A stretch of DNA of 47,173 nt from Cyclobacteriaceae bacterium (GCA_043751075.1 JAYVAI010000484.1:1-47173), one strand, 5' to 3'. Counted from the first letter of the stretch, positions 27,969 through 38,030 are shown. Notes: generated by a model not told the origin, from the sequence alone. Numbers and translations: made by a program.

Positions 27969-29279
27969 ATGCGACACGAACCCATTGGCAAAGAACTTTG
28001 CAACACGAACCGCAAGCGATTGGTAAAATTACTGAAGCCTGGTTCGGTGGCTATATTTAATTCCAACGACATTATGCCAACCAATGCCGATGGCACGATG
28101 GGATTCAGGCAGAATAGTGATCTGTATTATTTAACGGGCATCCATCAGGAAGAAAGCATGCTCGTGCTATGCCCCGATTTTCCAGAAAAAAAGAACCGGG
28201 CTGTTTTATTTCTGAAGGAGCCCAATGAAAAGATGGAAAAATGGGAAGGGCATAAGCTCACCAAAAAGGAAGCGGTGGAAATATCGGGCATTGAAACGGT
28301 GGTGTGGCTTTCGGGCTTCGAAAAAATGCTTCATCACATGATGACCATGGGGGGAGTGGAGAATGTATATCTCAACACCAATGAGCATTATCGTGCCGAG
28401 GATGTTGTGCAAAGCCGCGATGCACGCTTTATCAATTGGTGCCAACAGAAATATCCATTGCATAAATATAAAAGGGTAGCCCCGCTGATGGGCGAGTTGC
28501 GCAGGGTGAAACAGCAGCGCGAAGTAGAGTTGATGCAAAAGGCCTGCGACATTAGCGAATGTGGCTTTCGCAGAGTATTGAATTATGTGCGGCCCGGTGT
28601 GATGGAGTATGAGATTGAAGCGGAGTTTATACACGAATTCAAAAGGCTGGGCTCCAACGGTTTTGCCTACACACCCATCATTGCGACTGGAGAAAATAAT
28701 GTGATACTTCACTATGTAGAAAACAGCAGGCAATGTCATGAGGGCGATCTCTTGCTGTTGGATGTGGCAGCAGAGTATGCCAACTATAATTCAGACCTCA
28801 CGCGCACTATTCCTGTTAACGGAAAATTTTCGAAGCGGCAAAGGGAAGTGTATAACTCAGTACTGCGCATTGAGCGAGAGGCCAACAAGATGCTAAGGCC
28901 GGGAGCGGTGTATTTCGATTACCAAAAAGAGATTGAAAAATTGATGGAGTCAGAGTTGTTGAAACTTAAACTGATTGACAAGACCGACATAAAAAATCAA
29001 AACCCCGACAGCCCCGCATTTAAAAAATATTTCTATCACGGCACTTCGCACATGCTGGGGTTGGATGTGCACGATGTGGGTAATATGCACCACAAAGTTA
29101 AGGTCGGGTCGGTGTGGACCATTGAGCCTGGCATTTATATCAAAGAAGAAAAATTTGGTATCCGCCTTGAAAACAATGTGGTGATCGGAAAGAACAAAAA
29201 TTTTGATTTGATGAGGAACATTCCGATAGAGGCAGAGGAGATTGAGGAGATTATGAACAACAAGAGAAGTAGGCAGTAG
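27969..29279 (+). CDS. pepP: Xaa-Pro aminopeptidase
   Basis: FRQNSDLYYLTG, LHY, D…YNSDLTRT, HGTSHMLGLDVHD, TIEPGIY, GIRLE; ATG 27969. Confidence 0.92.
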   Translation: MRHEPIGKELCNTNRKRLVKLLKPGSVAIFNSNDIMPTNADGTMGFRQNSDLYYLTGIHQEESMLVLCPDFPEKKNRAVLFLKEPNEKMEKWEGHKLTKKEAVEISGIETVVWLSGFEKMLHHMMTMGGVENVYLNTNEHYRAEDVVQSRDARFINWCQQKYPLHKYKRVAPLMGELRRVKQQREVELMQKACDISECGFRRVLNYVRPGVMEYEIEAEFIHEFKRLGSNGFAYTPIIATGENNVILHYVENSRQCHEGDLLLLDVAAEYANYNSDLTRTIPVNGKFSKRQREVYNSVLRIEREANKMLRPGAVYFDYQKEIEKLMESELLKLKLIDKTDIKNQNPDSPAFKKYFYHGTSHMLGLDVHDVGNMHHKVKVGSVWTIEPGIYIKEEKFGIRLENNVVIGKNKNFDLMRNIPIEAEEIEEIMNNKRSRQ

Positions 29280-29317
29280 GCAGACCCGATAGCTATCGGG
29301 TTTGGTGACTGCCGACT
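29269..29317. repeat. AGGCAGT-type short repeat with an embedded 18 bp perfect palindrome
   Basis: GTAGGCAGTAGGCAG-ACCCGATAGCTATCGGGT-TTGGTGACTGCCGACT; related AGGCAGT runs near 15310-15340. Confidence 0.65.
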
Positions 29318-29340
29318 TAATTGACTAATATAATTGTAAA

Positions 29341-30132
29341 ATGAAAAGACTATCATCCATTTTGTTGATGACAATTGTCACGGGCCTTGCCCAAGCCCAC
29401 GAGTTCTGGCTGCAGCCAAAAAAATATCGCTATCAAGTAGGTGAACAAGTGAAGGTTGATTTTATGGTGGGCGAAAATTTTACGGGCGAGTATTGGGATT
29501 TGAAACGCCACAAAGCCGAGAAGGTGGAACTGCACCGTGCATCGGGTGTAAAAGATATTACCGCAGAAGTTAACCCAACCAAAGGGGAAAATATTTCTTT
29601 TATTGCCGACCAGCTAGGTACTTATTTACTGACGCTGCAAAGCAATGCTGCCTACATTGAAATGGAGGGCAAAGCATTCAACGATTATTTGAAGGAGGAC
29701 GGTCTTGACGATATCTTAAGTGAGCGAAGGAAATCAAATCAATTAGATAAGCCCTCAAAAGAATTTTATAGCCGCTATGCAAAATTGCTACTTCAAGTTG
29801 GCGACAAACCCGATGACACATTCAAAAAGGAAATTGGCTTTCGTTACGAAATTATTCCTGCCCAAAATCCATACGCACTTAAAACAGGTGATTATCTTCA
29901 ATGCAAAGTTTTATTTGAAGGCAAGCCAGCACCGCATGCGTTAGTGAAGGTGTGGAGCAAAGTAAACAACACAACCTTCTTGCAAAATATATACACAGAT
30001 AAAGATGGCATGCTCCGGTTTCCGATCAGCACGTCTGGCTCGTGGATGGTAAGCAGCGTGAAGATGATCAAATCAGAAAAGGTGGGAGCGGAGTACCACA
30101 GCTTGTGGGCAAGTTTTGTTTTTGGAATTTGA
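29341..30132 (+). CDS. DUF4198 domain periplasmic protein
   Basis: Signal peptide then AHEFWLQP; EFYSRYAK; EIIPAQNPY; TDKDG. Confidence 0.85.
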   Translation: MKRLSSILLMTIVTGLAQAHEFWLQPKKYRYQVGEQVKVDFMVGENFTGEYWDLKRHKAEKVELHRASGVKDITAEVNPTKGENISFIADQLGTYLLTLQSNAAYIEMEGKAFNDYLKEDGLDDILSERRKSNQLDKPSKEFYSRYAKLLLQVGDKPDDTFKKEIGFRYEIIPAQNPYALKTGDYLQCKVLFEGKPAPHALVKVWSKVNNTTFLQNIYTDKDGMLRFPISTSGSWMVSSVKMIKSEKVGAEYHSLWASFVFGI

Positions 30133-30139
30133 AAACTAT

Positions 30140-30565
30140 ATGAGCGAAATTATTTCTTCGGACAAAGCACCAGAGCCGGTAGGGCATTATCCGCATGCAC
30201 GAAAGGTGGGCAACCTTCTTTTCCTTTCGGGAGTTGGGCCGCGCAAAAAGGGATCGAAAGAAATACCGGGCGTTACGCTTGACGAAAACAAAAACATAGT
30301 GGCTTACAATATCGAAGAGCAATGCCATTCTGTGTTTCAGAATGTTAAATATATTTTAGAAGCCTCCGGTTCGCGCTGGGAAGATTTGATTGACATCACT
30401 GTGTATCTTACCAATATGAAAGATGATTTTCCTGTTTTCAATAAAATATATGCCGTCTACTTTCCCGACAAGGCCACGCAACCCTGCCGCACTACGGTAG
30501 AAGTGAATGCGTTGCCAACACCTATTGCCATTGAGTTGAAGTGCATTGCTGTTGTGCGTCAATAA
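30140..30565 (+). CDS. RidA/YjgF family protein (2-aminomuconate deaminase-like)
   Basis: APEPVGHYPHAR, LFLSG, PCRTTVEV..LPTPIAIELKCIA. Confidence 0.9.
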   Translation: MSEIISSDKAPEPVGHYPHARKVGNLLFLSGVGPRKKGSKEIPGVTLDENKNIVAYNIEEQCHSVFQNVKYILEASGSRWEDLIDITVYLTNMKDDFPVFNKIYAVYFPDKATQPCRTTVEVNALPTPIAIELKCIAVVRQ

Positions 30566-30587
30566 GTTTTAGTATTTTTATATCTGT

Positions 30588-31169
30588 ATGGAAACCATAG
30601 TGCTGAAAGACCGGATTAGTGCAACCATGACAGATGATGAATTTCTCTGGTTTTGCATGGGCAACAAAGATTTGCGAATTGAGCGTAACAGTAACCTTGA
30701 AATTATTATTATGAGTCCCGTAACAACCAAATCCAATTATGGAAGCGGTGCCGCGTTTGCGCAACTTTATATGTGGAGCATAGCCAATGGAACAGGATTG
30801 GCATTTGATTCTTCTACTGGTTTTACTTTACCCGACAGATCGGTCTTCTCGCCCGATGCATCTTGGGTCTCCAACGAAAAATGGAATGCATTATCCGAAG
30901 AAGACAAAGACCGCTATGCCCCGGTGTGCCCTGAGTTTGTAATTGAGGTGCGCTCAAAATCAGACTTACTTGACGACCTAAAAAAGAAAATGGAAGTGTG
31001 GATCAAAAACGGTGTACATCAAGCATGGCTAATTGATCCCCGCGAAAAAACATCGTACATCTTCCGTCCGGGAAAAGCTGTGGAAATATTCCCGGGGCTT
31101 GATAAAAAAATTGAGGGTGAAGGCTCCATAAAAGGTTTTGTGCTTGATCTCAACCTTCTTAAAATCTAA
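30588..31169 (+). CDS. Uma2/DUF820 family endonuclease
   Basis: RIERN, FDSSTGFTLPD…SPDASWV, CPEFVIEVRS, WLIDP. Confidence 0.92.
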   Translation: METIVLKDRISATMTDDEFLWFCMGNKDLRIERNSNLEIIIMSPVTTKSNYGSGAAFAQLYMWSIANGTGLAFDSSTGFTLPDRSVFSPDASWVSNEKWNALSEEDKDRYAPVCPEFVIEVRSKSDLLDDLKKKMEVWIKNGVHQAWLIDPREKTSYIFRPGKAVEIFPGLDKKIEGEGSIKGFVLDLNLLKI

Positions 31170-31903
31170 ATTTTATTCCTTCTCCTTGCATCCATGCGGT
31201 GATACACCGTTGACCTCACAATGTTGCGCATAAAATATTCGCTCTCAGTTTTTGGTTGGATCAAATTCAGATAGCCACTTTCAATAGACCATCGCTCGCT
31301 CAACTTGATTTCCAAGGAAGCATAAAACCGATTCTGATCAAATGGCCGGGGCACATCGCCTGAGTTAAGCATCAGCTCATCAGAAAGTTTAATAATTAAA
31401 ATACTGTTGTTTTTAAATTGGGCAATGGGCCTGCTGAACTGAATTCTGAACCGGTGCCGCCAGTTGAACCCATATCCTTCGGTTAAAACAATTTTATCAT
31501 TGTGATGGATAAACCGCTCATCCAATCTGTACCTGAATTGAAATTGCCATTGCTTATTGATATCTTTTATGATGGATGCTTCCTGCCAAAGGCGAAGTTC
31601 CGGCACTGCCAACGAAATGTTCACCGTTGAGTTTGTATAAATGTAAGAGGTGCCCGCTGCAACATCTAACCACGGTTTCAATCGGTAGTGCAAATGCAGG
31701 TGAGTAAAAAACTGAAACTGACGAAGGGGATTAAGCAATTTGCGCTCGTCAACTTCCAGATGCAGAACAAATTTTTCGTTGAGTTGGGTTTGGTTGTAAT
31801 ACCGCAACCATAGGAGCCCCTGCTGTGTAAATTTATCCTGACCGATTGATGCAGTAGAAGAAAGCACAAATAAAATTGTGCAGCCGTGTTTTAAGAATCT
31901 CAC
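31166..31903 (-). CDS. DUF2490 outer-membrane protein
   Basis: ELRLWQE, RYRLDERF, RHRFR, FDQNRFY. Confidence 0.85.
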   Translation of the reverse strand: MRFLKHGCTILFVLSSTASIGQDKFTQQGLLWLRYYNQTQLNEKFVLHLEVDERKLLNPLRQFQFFTHLHLHYRLKPWLDVAAGTSYIYTNSTVNISLAVPELRLWQEASIIKDINKQWQFQFRYRLDERFIHHNDKIVLTEGYGFNWRHRFRIQFSRPIAQFKNNSILIIKLSDELMLNSGDVPRPFDQNRFYASLEIKLSERWSIESGYLNLIQPKTESEYFMRNIVRSTVYHRMDARRRNKI

Positions 31904-32229
31904 TACACCGAAAAACTTTCTCCGCAGCCACAGGTGCGCGAAGCATTCGGGTTGATGAACTGAAAACCTTTGCCGTTGAGGCCATCCGAAAAATCGAGTG
32001 TGGTGCCTAACAGATACAAGAGGCTTTTTTTATCCACTAATATTTTCACCCCTTTGTCTTCAAAGACCTGGTCGGCAGGATTAATTTTATCATCAAAATC
32101 AAGGTCGTACATCAGCCCCGAGCATCCGCCTCCCTTTACAGAAACACGTATGTTATGGTTGCTGGTGCGGCCCTCCTCTTGTAGTAAAGTGGAAATCCGT
32201 TCTTTTGCTTTATCGGTTACAGTGATCAT
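31903..32229 (-). CDS. A-type Fe-S cluster carrier (HesB/IscA/SufA)
   Basis: GGGCSG, NPNASRTCGCGESF. Confidence 0.93.
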   Translation of the reverse strand: MITVTDKAKERISTLLQEEGRTSNHNIRVSVKGGGCSGLMYDLDFDDKINPADQVFEDKGVKILVDKKSLLYLLGTTLDFSDGLNGKGFQFINPNASRTCGCGESFSV

Positions 32230-32234
32230 AGTCG

Positions 32235-32657
32235 TTAAGATATTGGATTCAATACAACACTAAATACGGTAATTGTGTTCCTGTCGCGGCCATAATATAA
32301 TTTCTCCAGGGCGTCTAAGATATTGCTTGCGCGAAAATAGGACGTATGGAGTTCACTGTCGCTTTTGGTTACCCATTGAATGGTGTAAGAGTTTTCCTTC
32401 TCTTTATAGCTCTGCACATACGCCAACATTTTTTTCAGCGCATCCACTTTTTCGGCTCCGGTTTCGGAGTGGAACAAAAAGGATTGGTTGTGGCGTGGGC
32501 TTATGGTGATCAGGTCCAGCTTGGATTTGCCATCGTGCAAACTGTATTCAAACATGAGGTCGCTGGTGCGCAGGCCCAGATAATCTTTGATCTGTTGTTG
32601 CATGCGCGCTGCTTCCACATGGGCATCGCTGGCGGTTTCTATATTTATTTTTGACAT
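32235..32657 (-). CDS. hypothetical protein
   Basis: 140 aa ORF 5 bp upstream of the IscA-type gene on the same strand. Confidence 0.75.
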   Translation of the reverse strand: MSKINIETASDAHVEAARMQQQIKDYLGLRTSDLMFEYSLHDGKSKLDLITISPRHNQSFLFHSETGAEKVDALKKMLAYVQSYKEKENSYTIQWVTKSDSELHTSYFRASNILDALEKLYYGRDRNTITVFSVVLNPIS

Positions 32658-32738
32658 TTCGCTGTTTAAAACTTTCGTAAACCCTTAAAAGTTTCTCAAT
32701 TTTCTGTCAAAATTAACAAAACCTTGCTAATAGCCGAC

Positions 32739-33155
32739 ATGGAAAAATTAGAGCACATAGGGATAGCGGTCAAAAACCTCGAAGAGTCCAACAAGGTTTT
32801 TGAAAAACTGCTGGGCAGGCCGCACTACAAAATTGAAGAAGTGGACTCGGAAGGAGTGCGCACTTCTTTTTTTGAAGTGGGAGGAATAAAAATTGAATTG
32901 CTGGAGGCCACACGGCCCGATTCGCCCATCGCCAAATTTATTGAGAAGCGTGGCGAAGGCCTCCATCACCTTGCCTTCGAGGTTTATCCCATCAAAGAAA
33001 AAATGAACGAACTTTCTTCCGAAGGTTTCAAGCTATTGGCAGATCAACCTAAGCCGGGTGCCGACAACAAGATGATTGTGTTCTTGCATCCCAAGACCAC
33101 CAACGGTGTGCTCGTTGAACTTTGTGAAACTGCCAAGACCGCTCCGACACTTTGA
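32739..33155 (+). CDS. mce: methylmalonyl-CoA epimerase
   Basis: EHIGIAV, KIELLE, GEGLHHLAFEV, FLHPKTTNGVLVELCE. Confidence 0.93.
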   Translation: MEKLEHIGIAVKNLEESNKVFEKLLGRPHYKIEEVDSEGVRTSFFEVGGIKIELLEATRPDSPIAKFIEKRGEGLHHLAFEVYPIKEKMNELSSEGFKLLADQPKPGADNKMIVFLHPKTTNGVLVELCETAKTAPTL

Positions 33156-33466
33156 AAAGAGCAAAACTGATAGTTGGCCTTTAGCCAAGCCTTCCATTGT
33201 CTTATAACTTGTTGCCTGGAGCCTTGCGAAGCAACATTTTCAAAAGGGCATACCTCAAAGTAAAACTTTCAAAATAACTTCCGAATAAGGACTTGCTAAG
33301 TCTGGGCTAAACCTCAGTAGGGATAAGCGAGAAAGAGGGACAAACCTTATTACCCCAGCGCTGTCCATCGCCTTACCAAAGTAGCACCTATTTCAGATGT
33401 GGGCTTTAGCCTAATAATGAATTGCAATGATGTACTTCTGAAATCTAAATCTGACCCCATTTTTTC

Positions 33467-33474
33467 TACTTTTG
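33467..33474 (+). promoter_or_regulatory. Bacteroidota -7 element
   Basis: TACTTTTG upstream of coaX. Confidence 0.55.
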
Positions 33475-33490
33475 CATTTCAACTAATACC

Positions 33491-34210
33491 ATGAACGTAG
33501 TCATAGACGCTGGCAATACGCGCACCAAAGTGGGCCTGTTTGAAGGTACCGAGCTGGTGCGGGTTGAAACTTTTCTGGATTTAGAAAGTCTTAAAAAATT
33601 TATCACAGCCACCACGGCCAGCCATGTATTGGTCAGTTCGGTAAACCATGACCCTGCCGAAATACTTTCCTGGTCAAAAGCTCAGGGCAAAAAAATTTCA
33701 CTCTCTTCCGCATTGCCATTGCCAATCCATTTGGAGTACAAAACCCCGCACACACTTGGGGTGGACAGGCTGGCTGCCGTGTGCGGAGCCCAGGAACTCT
33801 TTCCCGATAAAAACTGCCTTATCATAGATGCCGGCACATGCATCAATTATGAATTTCTCGATGCCCATGGCGTTTATCATGGTGGCGCAATCTCACCGGG
33901 GATTTCCATGCGGTTCGAGGCCATGCATACGTTTACCGCAAGGCTGCCGTTAGTCACCGCAAACGCACATGTTGGCCTTATCGGAAACAGCACGGAAACA
34001 TGTATGCAAAGCGGAGTTATGAATGGAGTGGTGGAAGAAGTGAAAGGGATTATAAAACAATATCAGATATTATATCCCGATCTGACGGTGATTATCTGTG
34101 GTGGAGATTATACTTTTTTTGAAAACAATCTTAAACCTTCCATCTTTGTGACCCCTGAACTGGTTTTGATCGGATTGAACAGGATTTTAAGACATAATGT
34201 TAAATTTTAA
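33491..34210 (+). CDS. coaX: type III pantothenate kinase
   Basis: IDAGNTRTK, TLGVDR, IDAGTC, GGAISPG, CGGD. Confidence 0.93.
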   Translation: MNVVIDAGNTRTKVGLFEGTELVRVETFLDLESLKKFITATTASHVLVSSVNHDPAEILSWSKAQGKKISLSSALPLPIHLEYKTPHTLGVDRLAAVCGAQELFPDKNCLIIDAGTCINYEFLDAHGVYHGGAISPGISMRFEAMHTFTARLPLVTANAHVGLIGNSTETCMQSGVMNGVVEEVKGIIKQYQILYPDLTVIICGGDYTFFENNLKPSIFVTPELVLIGLNRILRHNVKF

Positions 34211-35477
34211 GAAGGTTTCCCTTTTCATTTTTGGTTTTGCGGTCACTGTTACCTTGGCGCAGGGGCAGGCGGCACGCAGTCCATTTTCATATTTGGGCAT
34301 TGGCGAATATTATGGCAATGCGTTGGTGCACAACCAGGGCATGGCCGGTGTGGGCATCAGCAACCCACAATATTTTTATCTGAACAATCAAAACCCAGCC
34401 CTATTGGTGTTCAACCGCTATACGGTTTTTGAAGGTGGGTTCATAGGAGAGCGGAGGACCGTGAGGGGAAGCGAGAGTTCTGAAACCAACGGCAATGGAA
34501 ACCTCAATTACCTGATCACCGCTTTTCCGGTAAAGTTCAACCGCTGGACAACTTCCATTGGCCTTATGCCCTATTCCACGGTGAACTACAAATTGAATTA
34601 TACCGAAGGCGTAAGTGGCAGCACCAATACGGTGGACGTGACCGAACAAGGTGAAGGGGGTATCAACCAGGTGTTTTGGTCGAACGGTGTGACACTCAAC
34701 AAAAATTTTTCAGTGGGCGTAAAGGCTACCTATCTGTTCAGCTCCATCATCAACCAATATTCGAATTTCATTTCGGCAAGTTCGCAGCCCAATCTCTATC
34801 AGCCCACTGTGTATGAAAGAACGTATGTAAAAGATATTGATCTCACCCTCGGCTTCTCCTTTCATAAAGATTCCTTACGGGGAAAGAAAAACTATCGGCT
34901 TAATATCGGTGCCGTGTATGACTTTAAAGCAAAACTAAACTCAGAATACTATGCCCGGTTTGAGAGAAGAAATGCTTCGGGCATTGTTGATTCTGTCACA
35001 TTGGTAAACAACCTTCCCGGAAACATAACCATTCCATCCTCGCTCGGTGCAGGAATCTCCCTTTCAAAAGGTTATTTTTGGACTGTGGGTGCCGATATAA
35101 CTTATTTGGATTATAGAAAATTCAGAGGGTTCAATGGGGAGGCACAACCGTGGGGAACGGAAGGTTTGAGATTGGCCGTGGGCACAGAGTTTACTCCAGA
35201 CCCATCAGCCCTGGGCAGCTACTTAAAAAGGATGACGTACCGCACCGGGTTGAGTTACGACAAGTATCCGTATTTGATCAACGGAAACATGGTAAAAGAT
35301 TTTGGCATTAATTTTGGGTTCTCAATGCCTGTAAGCCGATTCTCCAGCCTTGACTTTGCATTGAAGCTTGGTAAAAGAGGAAACATTCAGGATAACACAC
35401 TTGAAGAAAACTATTTTAAGATTTATTTTGGCGTGACTTTTAACGACCAATGGTTTATCAAGAGAAGATTTGATTAA
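34197..35477 (+). CDS. outer-membrane beta-barrel protein (FadL-like)
   Basis: SPFSYLGIG…GMAG…NPA; C-terminal FNDQWFIKRRFD; position after coaX. Confidence 0.8.
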   Translation: MLNFKKVSLFIFGFAVTVTLAQGQAARSPFSYLGIGEYYGNALVHNQGMAGVGISNPQYFYLNNQNPALLVFNRYTVFEGGFIGERRTVRGSESSETNGNGNLNYLITAFPVKFNRWTTSIGLMPYSTVNYKLNYTEGVSGSTNTVDVTEQGEGGINQVFWSNGVTLNKNFSVGVKATYLFSSIINQYSNFISASSQPNLYQPTVYERTYVKDIDLTLGFSFHKDSLRGKKNYRLNIGAVYDFKAKLNSEYYARFERRNASGIVDSVTLVNNLPGNITIPSSLGAGISLSKGYFWTVGADITYLDYRKFRGFNGEAQPWGTEGLRLAVGTEFTPDPSALGSYLKRMTYRTGLSYDKYPYLINGNMVKDFGINFGFSMPVSRFSSLDFALKLGKRGNIQDNTLEENYFKIYFGVTFNDQWFIKRRFD

Positions 35478-35491
35478 AAATAAAAAGCAAA

Positions 35492-36832
35492 ATGAAAAGC
35501 AACATGAAATCATTCGTACTAAGTTTAACATTCTTGTCCCTTGCAGCTGTTTCTGCCATGGCCCAATGCAAAGAAGTGATATGGCCGGAAAACAAAGCGA
35601 AGGCCGAAGAATCCGTAGCTATTTACAGCGATGCCCTCAAGCAAGGAAATTATCGCGGGACCACTGCTTCCCTCCAATGGATGCTTGTCAATGCCCCCAA
35701 ATGGCAGACCAAGCTATACATTGATGGAACCGAAATTTATAACAAGCTGGCCACAGCCGAAAAAGACCCTGTGAAAAAACAAGTATTGGTGGATTCCTTG
35801 CTGATGCTGTATGATATGCGCATAACAAATTGTGGTGATGAAGTAAACGTGATCAACCGAAAAGCACTTTATGCACTTCAATTCAATGGGCAGAACAAGG
35901 CCAAGACGGCCGAGGTACTTGCCTTGTATGACAAAGTATTTGAGGTTAGCGGCAATAACGTAAGCGACAACAATCTTGAGAGCTACATGAAGACGGTGCA
36001 GTTAAATGTAGCCCTTCTTAAAAACCTTACCGATGATCAGATATTGCAACGCTATGACAAAATCTCTGAAATAATTGATGTCAAAATCAAAAAGGCATTG
36101 GCAGAAAACAAACAAGATGTTGCTGAGCGTTTGAGAAAAAGTAAATCGGCTGTGGATGATATCCTGCTTAAGTGTGGGCTAAAAATTGATTGTGATTTTG
36201 TTAGAAAGAATCTGGCTCCCAAATTCAAACAAAACCCAAGTGATATTGTCGTTGCCAAAAAGATTTTTCAATTCATGACCACCGGAGGATGTATTGAAGA
36301 CCCACTTTGGTTACAGGCAGCAGAAGTAATCCACAAAACAAGCCCCGATTATGGATTGGCAAAAAACATGGGCAAACTCTATGCAAAAAATGGCAACATG
36401 GATAAAGCCGAGGTGCTGATCAACGAATCGGTTACATTGGCAACCACGCCCAAGGACAAAGCAGAGTCCTTAATTTTATCGGGGGATATTTTATCGCAAA
36501 AAGGAAATAAGGTTGGGGCGCGTGAAGCCTATCGCAAGGCATCGGCTGCCGATGCTTCGGACAAAGAGGGATTTGAAAAAATTGGAGACCTGTACATGGG
36601 CGCTGGCAAAGATTGCGCAAAAGGAAAAAGTTTTGCCGAAGACCGGTTGGTATATTTGGCTGCCTATGAAATGTATGTAAAGTCGGGCAACCAGCAGAAA
36701 ATGAACTCGGCCCGCAACCAGTTTCCTTCCGTAACAGAATTGTTTGAATTGAGCTGGAAAGAAGGTGAAAGCAAATCAATTTCTTGCTGGGTTGGTGAAA
36801 CCGTAGTGCTTAAAACCAGGGGAAAAGAGTAA
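35492..36832 (+). CDS. periplasmic tetratricopeptide repeat protein
   Basis: Signal peptide, helical repeats, DRLVYLAAYE…FPS…CWVGET. Confidence 0.8.
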   Translation: MKSNMKSFVLSLTFLSLAAVSAMAQCKEVIWPENKAKAEESVAIYSDALKQGNYRGTTASLQWMLVNAPKWQTKLYIDGTEIYNKLATAEKDPVKKQVLVDSLLMLYDMRITNCGDEVNVINRKALYALQFNGQNKAKTAEVLALYDKVFEVSGNNVSDNNLESYMKTVQLNVALLKNLTDDQILQRYDKISEIIDVKIKKALAENKQDVAERLRKSKSAVDDILLKCGLKIDCDFVRKNLAPKFKQNPSDIVVAKKIFQFMTTGGCIEDPLWLQAAEVIHKTSPDYGLAKNMGKLYAKNGNMDKAEVLINESVTLATTPKDKAESLILSGDILSQKGNKVGAREAYRKASAADASDKEGFEKIGDLYMGAGKDCAKGKSFAEDRLVYLAAYEMYVKSGNQQKMNSARNQFPSVTELFELSWKEGESKSISCWVGETVVLKTRGKE

Positions 36833-36856
36833 GCTGAATTAAAAATATATTATTGA

Positions 36857-36886
36857 GGGCTGGCGAAATGCCAGCCTTCTTTGTTT
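36857..36886 (+). terminator. probable intrinsic terminator
   Basis: GGCTGGC-GAAAT-GCCAGCC followed by a T-rich tract. Confidence 0.6.
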
Positions 36887-36972
36887 AGGTTAGGTATAGG
36901 TTCAACTTAAAATGACCAATTGCCCTTACTCTAAAATGAAAATGTATCGCCTAAAAAATCAACCGAAGTGGT

Positions 36973-37521
36973 ATGAAAAACATTAGTTGCCCTGTAATAT
37001 CTTTAATGAAGTGCTTGTTCATACCGATGTGCTTGCTGTTCGCTGCCTGCACACCCGAAGAAACGGCCAAGCCCTTGGTGTATGAAGGCCCGCTGCGCGA
37101 AGCCGAAGAAATCACCATGTATTACACCGAAAACAACCGGATGAAAATTTTGCTGAAGGCAAAAAAAATAAATGATTTCCAAAATGGCGACAGCGAATTT
37201 CCGGAAGGGATTTTCATAGAATTTTACGATGAGTTTGGGAAAATAACTTCCACGCTTCGCGCCAACAGTGCCTACTATTTTAAAGCCGAAGACAAATGGC
37301 GCGGCCTGGGCGATGTGGAGGTGATCAACCTGGAAAAAAAACAACAACTGAACACGGAAGAACTCTTTTGGAAACCTGCCACCAAAAAAATATTCACCGA
37401 AAAATTTGTCACCATTAAATTGGAAAGTGAAATCATTTATGGAACTGGCCTTGACGCAGCCCAGGATTTATCGCATTACACCTTACGGGATACGAAAGGG
37501 GAATTTGATGTGAAAGAGTAA
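36973..37521 (+). CDS. lptC: LPS export protein LptC (start may be ATG 37006)
   Basis: Lipobox FAAC; EFPEGIFIEFYD, LRANSA, LNTEELFW, IYGTGLDA. Confidence 0.88.
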   Translation: MKNISCPVISLMKCLFIPMCLLFAACTPEETAKPLVYEGPLREAEEITMYYTENNRMKILLKAKKINDFQNGDSEFPEGIFIEFYDEFGKITSTLRANSAYYFKAEDKWRGLGDVEVINLEKKQQLNTEELFWKPATKKIFTEKFVTIKLESEIIYGTGLDAAQDLSHYTLRDTKGEFDVKE

Positions 37522-37579
37522 CGTGCGATAAAAAACCGCAGACCCGTTTATGGATGGAGGTTTTCGTGCGCAAGCGGGC

Positions 37580-37675
37580 AAGGGATTGAAGTGCCCGCCT
37601 GACCGGACGGGCAGGGAAAGCCCCCGATGGCATGTGTTGGGATGCGCGTATCGGGGCTTGCAACAAAAAGCCCGG
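37580..37675. repeat. Bacteroidota intergenic repeat interrupted by a mini-palindrome
   Basis: GGGATTGAAGTG[CCCGCCTGACCGGACGGGCAGG]GAAAGCCCCCGAT…ATCGGGGCTTGCAACAAAAAGCCCG. Confidence 0.6.
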
Positions 37676-37765
37676 TATTGACGGTACCGTCAGCATGCCC
37701 CCAAAATATAAATTTCAATAAGGTGCACCTGAACCAGTAAATCTTGAAAACTAATAAAGAGAAAG

Positions 37766-37921
37766 ATGAAATTATTCGACATCATACTTTTATCGCTGGC
37801 CGCTTTTTTTGTGATCGTTGGCATCTACGAAATTATGGCCGTTGGCATTGGCCACGCCTATTGGCTGGTAATGATGGCCCTGCTCCTCTTTTTCTACTAT
37901 ACCCTCCGCAAAAAGAAGTAA
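37766..37921 (+). CDS. small two-helix membrane protein (not in ORF track)
   Basis: MKLFDIILLSLAAFFVIVGIYEIMAVGIGHAYWLVMMALLLFFYYTLRKKK. Confidence 0.75.
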   Translation: MKLFDIILLSLAAFFVIVGIYEIMAVGIGHAYWLVMMALLLFFYYTLRKKK

Positions 37922-37948
37922 GGCTTAGGTTTTACCTTCAGGCTATTT

Positions 37949-37989
37949 CCCTTCTCCTTCGGAGAAGGTGGCCGAAGGCCGGATGAGGT
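37949..37989. repeat. REP-like double hairpin
   Basis: CCTTCTCC-TTC-GGAGAAGG then GGCC-GAA-GGCCGGATGAGG. Confidence 0.6.
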
Positions 37990-38030
37990 CTAACCACCTG
38001 AAAATCAGTAGCATTTTATTATTCCTTCCC

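Noticed and set aside
33156-33460. Possible gene remnant or ncRNA between mce and coaX
   Set aside because: Short frames match nothing I recognise; only degenerate GGGCTAAA/GGGCTTTAGCC repeat motifs.
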